NCBI RefSeq assembly: GCF_001194135.2 | Contig: NC_068986.1 | Span: 17,152,489 to 17,198,363 of the forward strand | DNA: 45,875 nucleotides | Reading direction: 5' to 3' | DNA from: Octopus bimaculoides | Lineage: Eukaryota | Translations under genes and position numbers: made by a program | The notes under the pieces: model-generated | The model's database searches: none | Told to the model about the DNA's origin: nothing | Seen by the model: only the letters and a program-made list of their open reading frames with translations | Shown here: piece after piece, positions 1-9,090 of the stretch | Layout: every line of letters starts with the position of its first letter | How positions within the stretch are numbered: position 1 is the first letter of the stretch

Positions 1-399
1 ATATATATATATATATATATAAAAGTTAGAAATTATACATTTCTAAATCTCACAGAGAGATAAAGTAGTTGTATACTGTCAACTTAACGTGACAATCCCA
101 ATAAGGGAATCATACTTGTAAGCATAAGAACACAGGAAATGTGTGAAGGCCGACAGGAAGCGGTCCAGCTTCCTTGGGCTAAATAGCAGTAGTATGATTC
201 CCTTTTCTATTGAGACAAATGGTGTCAATGCTGAGAAGTAGGGATGTGATCCACAGAGTACCAGCTTCATTTTGATGTATGATACATGTTCCTGTTTAGG
301 ACAAGTACTAAACAAAATGGCATTTCTTTTTGACTCACTCTCGTAATATATCATTTACTTTTCGTATTTCTAATCCAACCTGATCGCTATCTGTATAAC

Positions 400-875
400 T
401 TAAGTTCAGTGTAAGTTCCTCGTAATTGTAGGTCGCACTTTTCCCAGAATTTTTGTCGAAACAATATTGTTCTCCATCTAACCTTGCTACATGTGACTTC
501 TTATTAAGTGTGTTTTCATCTAATGCCTCAGTTAATTCTATTTCTTCTGCAGTTGCTTTCCTCGACTTAAGTGACTTACTTCTTTCTCCACACCTATTTC
601 TCCCTAATTTTCAATGTTCCTTCTGCTCACTTCAATTTCAATTTCAGTTAGCCATTTATTACTTCTAAATACTCTTGCCTGCTCAGCCAACTTTTATTCA
701 GTGACATCAAAAATACCATTTTTCCCTCCCATATAATCTTCAACTTTTGTTTTTAACCTCTTCAATTTCGTTCACTTCTAATAAAATTTCTTGCTTTCTT
801 TCCTTTTTTTATCATTATATGCAACGCACCCACACTTTATGTCTGTCTCTGTATTGCCCCCCCTCATCCTTCGCC

Positions 876-876
<1 letters not shown>
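400..876 (-). pseudogene. Degenerate N-terminal ORF fragment of an R4/Dong-like (RLE-clade) non-LTR retrotransposon
   Basis: Minus-strand translation of about 745-570 reads IWEGK (1-nt frameshift) NGIFDVTE*KLAEQARVFRSNKWLTEIEIEVSRRNIEN. This matches the IWxxKGxFxxTEQRLxDQARxIxxNxWLxxxExE N-terminal motif I recall from R4-clade ORFs. An acidic linker follows. Outer boundaries are approximate; the 5' side abuts (TAA)n at 877. Confidence 0.65.
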
Positions 877-935
<59 letters not shown>

Positions 936-961
936 GTTGTTGTTGTTGTTGTTGTTGTTGT
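877..961. repeat. (TTA)n to (TTG)n compound microsatellite
   Basis: Direct reading: TTA units 877-935, TTG units to 961. Confidence 0.95.
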
Positions 962-968
962 CATGTAG

Positions 969-1182
969 GTGGGCGCCTGGCAGATTCGTTAACTCGCCGG
1001 AAAACAATACGCACAGGCATTTTTGTCCGTCTTTTCTTCGTGAGTTCAAAGACGCCGTGGTAGACTTTGCTTTTGATCCTTTCAGTGCGGTCGATAAAAT
1101 AAGTACCAGTAATGCACTGGAGTTGAGGCGATCGACTTATCCCCTCTCTGAAGCTGTGAGCCTAGTGACCAAACTTGAAGTC
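969..1182 (+). mobile_element. tRNA-derived SINE, family A, old degenerate copy
   Basis: Colinear with the better copies at 28568 and 36406: ctggcagattcgttaactcgccgg ... gagttcaaagacgcc ... actttgcttttgatcctttc ... gtcgataaaataagtaccag. Its tail runs into (CAT)n. Confidence 0.8.
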
Positions 1183-1253
1183 ATCAACATCATCACCATC
1201 ATCAGCATAATCATCGTCATCGTCGTCTTCGTCATCATCATCGCCGCCATCAC

Positions 1254-1324
<71 letters not shown>

Positions 1325-1335
1325 TCATCATCGTT
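1183..1335. repeat. (CAT)n microsatellite, probably an expanded SINE tail
   Basis: Direct reading; begins immediately at the 3' end of the 969-1182 SINE. Confidence 0.9.
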
Positions 1336-1949
1336 GTCGTATTTATTATTCTTATTGGTGGCAGCAGTGGTGGTAGTAGTTTCTGGAATGGTAAGATGTT
1401 TGCAGTTGGGAATATTTCATCATTTCTTTCGCTTCTCAAGAGAATCACATAAGTATTGACAGACGTGTTTCCATTTCTGTTCAAAACTAACACCTAAAAC
1501 ACATACATACATACTTATNNNNNNNNNNNNNNNNNNNNNNNNNNNNNNNNNNNNNNNNNNNNNNNNNNNNNNNNNNNNNNNNNNNNNNNNNNNNNNNNNN
1601 NNNNNNNNNNNNNNNNNNNNNNNNNNNNNNNNNNNNNNNNNNNNNNNNNNNNNNNNNNNNNNNNNNNNNNNNNNNNNNNNNNNNNNNNNNNNNNNNNNNN
1701 NNNNNNNNNNNNNNNNNNNNNNNNNNNNNNNNNNNNNNNNNNNNNNNNNNNNNNNNNNNNNNNNNNNNNNNNNNNNNNNNNNNNNNNNNNNNNNNNNNNN
1801 NNNNNNNNNNNNNNNNNNNNNNNNNNNNNNNNNNNNNNNNNNNNNNNNNNNNNNNNNNNNNNNNNNNNNNNNNNNNNNNNNNNNNNNNNNNNNNNNNNNN
1901 NNNNNNNNNNNNNNNNNNNNNNNNNNNNNNNNNNNNNNNNNNNNNNNNN

Positions 1950-2014
<65 letters not shown>

Positions 2015-2485
2015 CAGATAGTGTGAGAGAGAAGAGGAAGTCTTTAGAAGAATTCTGACACTAGCTTGCAAAACCAAATCAATGAAAGCTACAACAAAAG
2101 TCTCGCTGCCCGTCTAATATAGCAAATAATAAAACCATAGAAACAAACAAATGCTATATAGCTTGAATTAACTATTCTTTATATTCATGTAAAAAAAAAA
2201 AATATCTATTCAATAGTATTAGACACAGTTACGTAACATAACCAGGAAATAATCCAAATATATATATAACCAACAGATGAACAAAAAGTAAATAAATTGT
2301 AAGTAATATCTTTTGAGAAGCAATTGCTCGTATTCTTTCGTATGTACGTATTACAAATGGGATGATGGGAAAAATGTTCTCCTCTATCGTCGTAATTCTT
2401 ATCCATTAGCTAAGTGATATCTCGCTTTCTCAGCTCTTTTGTGTGTGGTGGTAGTTTGCATTCAATAGGTATCGTCGTTCCAAGT

Positions 2486-2502
2486 TATGATTATTGTTAT
2501 TA

Positions 2503-2548
<46 letters not shown>
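2486..2548. repeat. (TAT)n microsatellite
   Basis: Direct reading. Confidence 0.95.
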
Positions 2549-2785
2549 CGTCAATTTCTTTCAATTCTGTTTCCATTTCTTGCCGATTGTCTACCTGAGA
2601 CCTAGTGCAGATAAACGCACTGCATACATTGGTCGGCTGTTAAAATAAACACATCAGATTGTTCATTCGCAAAGTCATGTGATAGAGAAAAAGACAGAGA
2701 GGAAGAAAGACAGAGAGGAAAAAATAATAGAAATAAACAATAAAAAAGTAAACAAAAGAAATAAAGGTGAAAATGGAAATAAATT

Positions 2786-3310
2786 TCACAGTGACAATGC
2801 TCTTCTCAATACGTGTGACGTATCAGTTAAGACAATATTTTGCACTTCCTGCACAGATCATTCAGGGACCATTCTTAAATAATTCTCAGTTCCTTTTTTG
2901 ATCATTCCAAGTGTTCAGACAGTCACTGGTATTGGAATCATCTTGAGATGCCACATCTTTCCGATTTCGATCAGCAAATCTTTTTTTTTTAATTTTCTGA
3001 GCTTACCAAATCCCTTTGCCGAGATATAAAGGTCACAGATTATGCTCATGTCAATCAATAAAGAGACTTTATTGTTTTGGTCTTTTACAGCAATATCTGG
3101 TTTATTTGGTTTGATGGTCCGTTCTATCGATACTGGGAAGTCCCAAAAAATCGTTATAATTTTTTCCCTCAGTTACAGCCTCAGAGTAGTGCTCGTACCA
3201 TTTGTCAGCAGTCTTGATTTTATAATGCCGACACATTATCCAATGTAGGCATTGGCCAACTCTTGTCATGTCTTGATTTGTACTCTACAGGTGCTAAAAC
3301 CTGTGTCAAT
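2786..3310 (-). pseudogene. 5'-truncated R4/Dong-clade non-LTR retrotransposon: C-terminal restriction-like endonuclease (RLE) domain pseudogene
   Basis: Minus-strand translation with 2 frameshifts and 2 internal stops: VLAPVEYKSRHD/RVGQCLHWIMCRHYKIKTADKWYEHYSEAVTEG/KIITIFWDFPVSIERTIKPNKPDIAVKDQNNKVSLLIDMSIICDLYISAKGFGKLRKLKKKDLLIEIGKMWHLKMIPIPVTV*TLGMIKKGTENYLRMVPE*SVQEVQNIVLTDTSHVLRRALSL*. It has the RHD, WYEH, WDF, PD..D..K and terminal QxxVLxxTxHxLRxxL hallmarks of RLE LINEs. Stop codon at 2786-2788. Confidence 0.9.
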
Positions 3311-3350
3311 CTGTATTTATTTATTACAAATCTTATAGGGCTCTCATTGC

Positions 3351-3351
<1 letters not shown>

Positions 3352-3430
<79 letters not shown>
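3352..3430. repeat. (TAT)n microsatellite between two R4-like fragments
   Basis: Direct reading. Confidence 0.95.
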
Positions 3431-3432
<2 letters not shown>

Positions 3433-3595
3433 TTGCATTTGCACAACTTCTTACGCTGGAGATGTACTACGGTGTCAGCTTTTCACTACAAGTGAACTAA
3501 GGTAACACCGCTTATTTTTTGAGCACGCTCTGGAGTATTTGAGCGGTTCCAAGCAGTACTTTTTTCTGCAAGTGCTCTACCCTTATTGCAGCCCC

Positions 3596-3596
<1 letters not shown>
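3431..3596 (-). mobile_element. Extreme 3' end (last ~27 codons plus ~80-nt 3' UTR) of a second R4/Dong-like LINE subfamily
   Basis: Minus-strand GAAIRVEHLQKKVLLGTAQILQSVLKK* (stop 3512-3514) matches the LQKxVLLGTAxILRxVL C-terminus of RLE LINEs. (TAA)n lies on both sides. The 3' UTR holds a TTCACT-TGT-AGTGAA hairpin (3482-3496). Confidence 0.8.
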
Positions 3597-3643
<47 letters not shown>

Positions 3644-3733
3644 GATTATTATTATTATTGTTATTATTATTATTGTTATTATTATTATTATCATCAGCAT
3701 TATTCTTCTTCTTCTTCTTATTATTATTATTAT
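3597..3733. repeat. (TAT)n microsatellite with TGT/CTT variants
   Basis: Direct reading. Confidence 0.95.
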
Positions 3734-5695
3734 CATCATAGTGCTAATATCTCTAAATTTTCGGTTTATGTCTAAATCCTGCTTGTTGATTTTTACCTGC
3801 TAAGATGATTCCTAGAATCAGTATGCTTGTAGCCACAAGAGACAATATTGATCGCCTTATGGATTAAATATAGATGATGGATTCTGTGTAAGCAGTTCGA
3901 AGTCTGAGCAGGGCATTTTGATGCATTGTTTCCCTTCATTTAGACTCACATTTCCATGAATACACAAGTTTATAGAGTTGAATACTTCGCATCGCACAGT
4001 TCGTATCGCCAAACATTATGCAGGGTGAACGTCAAATACATTTAAAGGTGCCTTAAACAACATAATTATTAATTCAGATACTCAGATAAACATAACTTGC
4101 ATATCTGCATCCAAGTAAGTGTGGAAAACGTAGGAAGATGGGATTTAAAACATAGCGACCATTCTTTTTAATCTGTGCGTTTGTTTGTGTGTATACGCAC
4201 ATACACATACATACATACGTTTGAATGTGTGTGTGTGTGTATGTGTGTGTGTGTGTGTGTGTGTGCATACACATATTTTTATATGTATATACATATTTAT
4301 ATTGATATGCGTGTCTGCATTTATAACTATATACATGTAGATAGAATTATGTTACAATTATACATACATACACACACGTGCATTCATTATACGACGTTCT
4401 TTTGTACACTCATATAATGATTTATATATGTACATATCTGTATACATATCCGTGTATATATGTATGTGTGTGCGTGTGCACCTTAATATATTGTTATATC
4501 CATCTATGCCTATATATTATTTAAATATGTGTAATGTATGTATTATGTGTGCATGTATAAAGACGTTATAGAATATTTATGTTATTTGAATAAAACTAGT
4601 AATCAAAACGGCATATATTCTAAGACGATTGCAGCATAAGGAGTGGTTATCTATTCTTCGCAAACACGGATCCTTCCAAAGCACAGCAGGTGACAGGAAA
4701 TGAAGGAAGAATATAACATAGCAAAGAAAAATCAAACAAAACAGAACAATAATACATTAAACAAGGAAACAAAGAGATGATATCGAAATCATAACATGAA
4801 AATAAAAGCCATGTTGTTACATACACATTGGTTCATAACATTTTCATTAACTGCCTTTGCTCTGGTATCCTCACAGTTATAGCAGTGAGGTTCCGATGTA
4901 TGACAATATAGTGGATGATTGAAAACATAAGAAAAAGGCACAAGAAAAAAGGAAAAACCCATACAAGCTAAACCAAAACGCACTTGCGCACATAAGCGTA
5001 TACACATCCATATATACACATCCATATATATATATATATATATATGTATGTGTATATATATATATATATATATGTATATGTATATATATATGTATGTGTA
5101 TGTACTTATATGTATATATATATGAGTATGTGCACGGACAAGGATATGTGTGTGTATCTTGTGAGTGTGTGTGTGTTTACGAACGTTATAGATGAGTATT
5201 GTACGGGCTGTATAATAGCAACAAAGAAAATGCTACGATGCTCACAGCATCACCAACTGCATTACATCGCATCGTCATGAACAACAACAACAACAATATT
5301 AACAGCATCAAGAACATCAACGACAAATATAACAACAACGAAGTATAGAAAAATTTCAGTGATAAGAGCAACATACCCAACAACGACAAGGTTATTCGAC
5401 ATATTTAGTCGATAATGTAATAAGACGAAAGGAAAGGTTTACTTACATCTGAAGACGTAAATAATCCACACATTGACCGTAAATACACACAGACATATTT
5501 ACAGAGAGAGAGGGGGAGGGAGAAGGAGAGGACTGAGTGAGGGAAACAACAAGAGAATTATAGCTTCGAATCCTCATTACAGGTGTGTATCTGTCTATAT
5601 GTATATGTATATATATCTATGTATCATCTATCTATCTATNNNNNNNNNNTATATATATGATTTTTACATATATGTATGTATATATATCTATGTAT

Positions 5696-5696
5696 C

Positions 5697-5745
<49 letters not shown>
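5696..5745. repeat. (ATCT)n tetranucleotide repeat
   Basis: Direct reading. Confidence 0.95.
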
Positions 5746-5746
<1 letters not shown>

Positions 5747-6244
5747 TTAATAATGATTCACTGCAAGTTGAATAAAATATATGTACATTCCTGCTCTACT
5801 ATTCTTTCTGAATGGTCCTACACTGACCTTTTCACGGTTTTTCAACTCCTCTTCAGTGACGTTCTAAACTGTTTCATTCCTCGATACAGTAGCGAAGATG
5901 AGCTCCTTAAAAGCACTCATGAATAATGCTATCACAATAGTGCATTACCTGATTTATAAATTTGCATTTTTGAGGGAGCATTAACTATAAAACAATATTT
6001 GTGCACGGAACTTTATATTTAAGAACTGAAAACAAAAACTTCAAATAAGACGAAATCTTAATATGGATATAAATACATTATTTACATACTTATGATGTAT
6101 GGAATAAAAAGGTAAGATGGTGCTTCTGCGTAAATCGATATTTTTATTATTACTAGCAAGCTGTCAAACATACAAGTATCCAAATAAATTTATTCACTAT
6201 TGTGCTAGACCACTTCATTTACAAAATGCTATAAGCTCCTGACT

Positions 6245-6301
6245 GGGGAAACTCTGAGGAGTGGTCAACCCAATGTTTGAAACAGACCGTCAGGAGACTC
6301 C
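6245..6301 (+). ncRNA. Degenerate type I hammerhead ribozyme-like motif (HHR-1)
   Basis: CTGAGGA core 6254-6260, GAAAC 6279-6283, near-palindromic stem III ACAG-A-CCGT, GTC triplet 6289-6291. Stem I is CT/AG, then an internal loop, then GGGG/CTCC. Stem II pairs poorly. Confidence 0.45.
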
Positions 6302-6455
6302 ATTAATTTATTTGTACACACTGATAGTATAGAAAGAATGTATATACATTCGTATTCAGTCTGCTTATAATTTACTAACGCTTATGCGTAAATGTATTTC
6401 ATTTTTGATTTATGCTGTTTCATGCATAAAGATTTATGCTCTTTTATGCATACAG

Positions 6456-6797
6456 AGTAAAGACCCGCTTTGGTCTGACCAGTGGATTGCACAAAGGAAG
6501 TTCCCCTCCGAGGCACACGCCCAGGAAAGGTTGCTTGCCGAAGACCAACAGTCACTCATGCAAGCCAGCCTCCTGTCTCTCTACATTGCACCGATGTTAT
6601 CCAAGGGAAAGGCAAAGAGGCCGATACAGCTTGACACTAGTGGTGTCTGTCCTCATTTCTACAGCTCACTGAACTTGAGCAACATGAAATAAAGTCTCTT
6701 GCTCAAGAAAACAACATACTGCCCGGTCCAAGTATCGAACTCACAACCTCATAATGGCGATCCCGACGTTCTAACCACTGAGCCATGCACCTTCACA
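6456..6797 (-). mobile_element. tRNA-derived SINE, family C1 (~340 bp)
   Basis: Reverse complement starts tgtgaaggtgcaTGGCTCAGTGGttagaacgtcgg...gaGTTCGATACttgg (Pol III A and B boxes), then cttgagcaagagactttatttcatgttgctc and a unique body. The head is shared with the 44018-44383 copy. Confidence 0.85.
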
Positions 6798-7077
6798 ATA
6801 AATATAGCATAAATACTGCATATATAGATATTGTTCATGTATATATAACTGTTTTACACAGTTCACAATTCATTTTAAAGAAAGACGAAATATATCTTAG
6901 TGAGTATGCTCAACGAGTAACAGAGATTGAATTACACTAATTGGAGTATGTAATTAAAAAGAAATGCAATGTAAACATCTCGAATATACAATATAATACT
7001 TGAATTTGCTTACACATTACGAGCATATATACCGATTCTTCAGAGAAACCTCAAAACTACTCCATAGATGTTGTGAG

Positions 7078-7109
<32 letters not shown>

Positions 7110-7145
7110 TGTATGTATATATAATTATACTTATACATATATATA
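7078..7145. repeat. (ATGT)n/(AT)n repeat
   Basis: Direct reading. Confidence 0.9.
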
Positions 7146-7614
7146 CATACACATGCATATACAGGACGTCACCAACAGTAAACAACATGAAATAGGAAGA
7201 CAAATGAGTTCAAGACGCAAACAACGAGAGTAACTAATGGAAAACAAGACAAGTAACACAAAAATGACCCTTCATCAGTTGTAGGCTGTCTATTGTCTAC
7301 TCCTCATTTCGAGCATTGAACGACAATATGAGTCTTCGAAGACAGTTGGTCCGATAAATACCAAAATAAAATTTAGGATTTATGGAGGGTCACAGTTTGG
7401 GAACAAAAACAGGACAGTGGAGATATACAAGGAAACTGAAAGAAAACAAACATGGAGGGAAGTTAGACCAGACCGAGGGTAAAATAGCGAACGCTGTCGA
7501 AATATTTTCTTTGAAAAGAGAAAAGGTAAAACAAAGAGATAGAATACGTCTAGTCTTTACGATAGTCCTGAAGGAAAAGAAAGACGGTTTCGTGAGGATA
7601 TGGAAAATAACAGT

Positions 7615-7657
7615 ACTGTTACTAAGAGTTTCACGTTCCCGTTCATCGAACAGTTTT
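7615..7657 (-). ncRNA. Minimal type I hammerhead-like motif (HHR-2a)
   Basis: Minus strand: aaaACTGT-TCGATGA-ACG-GGAA-CGT-GAAAC-TCTTA-GTA-ACAGT. Stem I 5 bp, stem II 3 bp with GGAA loop, GAAA intact, near-palindromic stem III, GUA triplet. Core reads TCGATGA rather than CTGATGA. Confidence 0.6.
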
Positions 7658-7676
7658 AGTTGGGACTGATTCTCAA

Positions 7677-7725
7677 CAAAACGTGTCCGACGAGCGGGAA
7701 CGTGATACTCTGAGTAACAGTTTTG
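7677..7725 (+). ncRNA. Minimal type I hammerhead-like motif (HHR-2b)
   Basis: CAAAAC(G)TGT-CCGACGA-GCG-GGAA-CGT-GATA-CTC-T-GAG-TA-ACAGTTTTG. Stem I 9 bp with one bulge, stem II 3 bp, palindromic stem III ACTC/GAGT, putative cleavage after 7716. Two core substitutions (U4C, A14U). Confidence 0.6.
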
Positions 7726-7809
7726 TGATGTCTTTTCAGCTTTATTAATAAAGCATATATCGCTAAACACTACACACATTTTTTACTCTCCTTGTTTCTC
7801 TCTGTGTTA

Positions 7810-7845
7810 CTTTCTGTGGAAGAGCGTAGGCTCGAAACGTTAAAG
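7810..7845 (+). ncRNA. Minimal hammerhead-like motif, variant-core family (HHR-3a)
   Basis: CTTT-CTGTGGA-A-GAGC-GTAG-GCTC-GAAAC-GTT-AAAG. Stem I 4 bp, stem II 4 bp with tetraloop, zero-loop palindromic ACGT stem III. Confidence 0.55.
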
Positions 7846-7926
7846 ACTTTTCAATTCCAGAGCGTTATACTAATACATCTGTTTGCTTTCTACACCACCT
7901 GCCTTTTCGTCTGTAGTCTTTTTTTT

Positions 7927-7933
<7 letters not shown>

Positions 7934-7994
<61 letters not shown>
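7934..7994. repeat. (CT)n-(AT)n compound repeat adjoining a gap
   Basis: Direct reading. Confidence 0.95.
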
Positions 7995-8759
7995 NNNNNN
8001 NNNNNNNNNNNNNNNNNNNNNNNNNNNNNNNNNNNNNNNNNNNNNNNNNNNNNNNNNNNNNNNNNNNNNNNNNNNNNNNNNNNNNNNNNNNNNNNNNNNN
8101 NNNNNNNNNNNNNNNNNNNNNNNNNNNNNNNNNNNNNNNNNNNNNNNNNNNNNNNNNNNNNNNNNNNNNNNNNNNNNNNNNNNNNNNNNNNNNNNNNNNN
8201 NNNNNNNNNNNNNNNNNNNNNNNNNNNNNNNNNNNNNNNNNNNNNNNNNNNNNNNNNNNNNNNNNNNNNNNNNNNNNNNNNNNNNNNNNNNNNNNNNNNN
8301 NNNNNNNNNNNNNNNNNNNNNNNNNNNNNNNNNNNNNNNNNNNNNNNNNNNNNNNNNNNNNNNNNNNNNNNNNNNNNNNNNNNNNNNNNNNNNNNNNNNN
8401 NNNNNNNNNNNNNNNNNNNNNNNNNNNNNNNNNNNNNNNNNNNNNNNNNNNNNNNNNNNNNATATATATATATATATACATACATATATACGCATGATAT
8501 CCCAATGTTGTTACCACCAATATGATGAAAAAGGAAATGACGTTTAAGGAAAACTTATTAAGAGTTCAGTGTCGTCACTTTTACAAAAGGTGTATTCTAT
8601 TTTTATATAAGGAAATCGGTAAAAATGATTTTGTGTGCCATTATGTTTAACAAACACTGTAGCACGTGCCCTTTTCCTCAACCGTTTGTGGAAAGATGCG
8701 TACTGGGATTGGTGACCTTAACATTACTTCGAACGAGTGTAATATAATACAAACAAAAA

Positions 8760-8762
8760 CAG

Positions 8763-8793
<31 letters not shown>

Positions 8794-8922
8794 AATAACA
8801 TTTAACGATACCCTCTCTATCTCACTCACACACACACATACACAGACACACTCACAGACACATACACACACATACACATTCATACAAACATATATTCATA
8901 CAAACCTACATGCATACATACA

Positions 8923-8955
<33 letters not shown>

Positions 8956-8957
8956 GT

Positions 8958-9045
<88 letters not shown>

Positions 9046-9090
9046 GTGTGTGTGTGTGTTTCTGTGTGTGCGTGTGCATGTGTGTGTATG
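8760..9090. repeat. Mixed (GA)n, (CA)n, (TA)n, (TG)n low-complexity tract
   Basis: Direct reading; the (CA)n-(TA)n-(TG)n order at about 8973-9058 is self-complementary. Confidence 0.9.

Larger units (their letters stand above)
7165..7930. mobile_element. Probable Penelope-like (PLE) non-autonomous or pseudo-LTR composite carrying several hammerhead motifs
   Basis: Lies between two AT-type microsatellites. Contains a CTGATGAA half-core (minus, 7272-7279), an inverted pair of hammerhead motifs (7615-7725), AATAAA at about 7747 and a third hammerhead motif (7810-7845) whose flanks recur at 20163 and 38135. No RT or GIY-YIG coding seen, so the PLE assignment is inferred from the hammerhead style. 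Confidence 0.45.

Noticed and set aside
79-354. Minus ORF containing RKLDRFLS, reminiscent of CR1/jockey C-termini
   Set aside because: Only a 7-8 residue resemblance; the flanking residues do not fit well enough to call.
5821-5860. Minus-strand CTGAAGA...GAAA..GTC hammerhead-like string
   Set aside because: Stem II half mismatched, no stem III, and stem I cannot pair at the junction.
6720-6797. tRNA genes at SINE heads (also 44300-44383)
   Set aside because: A and B boxes are present, but there is no full cloverleaf or acceptor stem and the sequence continues into SINE bodies.
7268-7285. Minus-strand CTGATGAAGGG as a full hammerhead
   Set aside because: No complementary stem II arm or GAAA follows; at most a half core.
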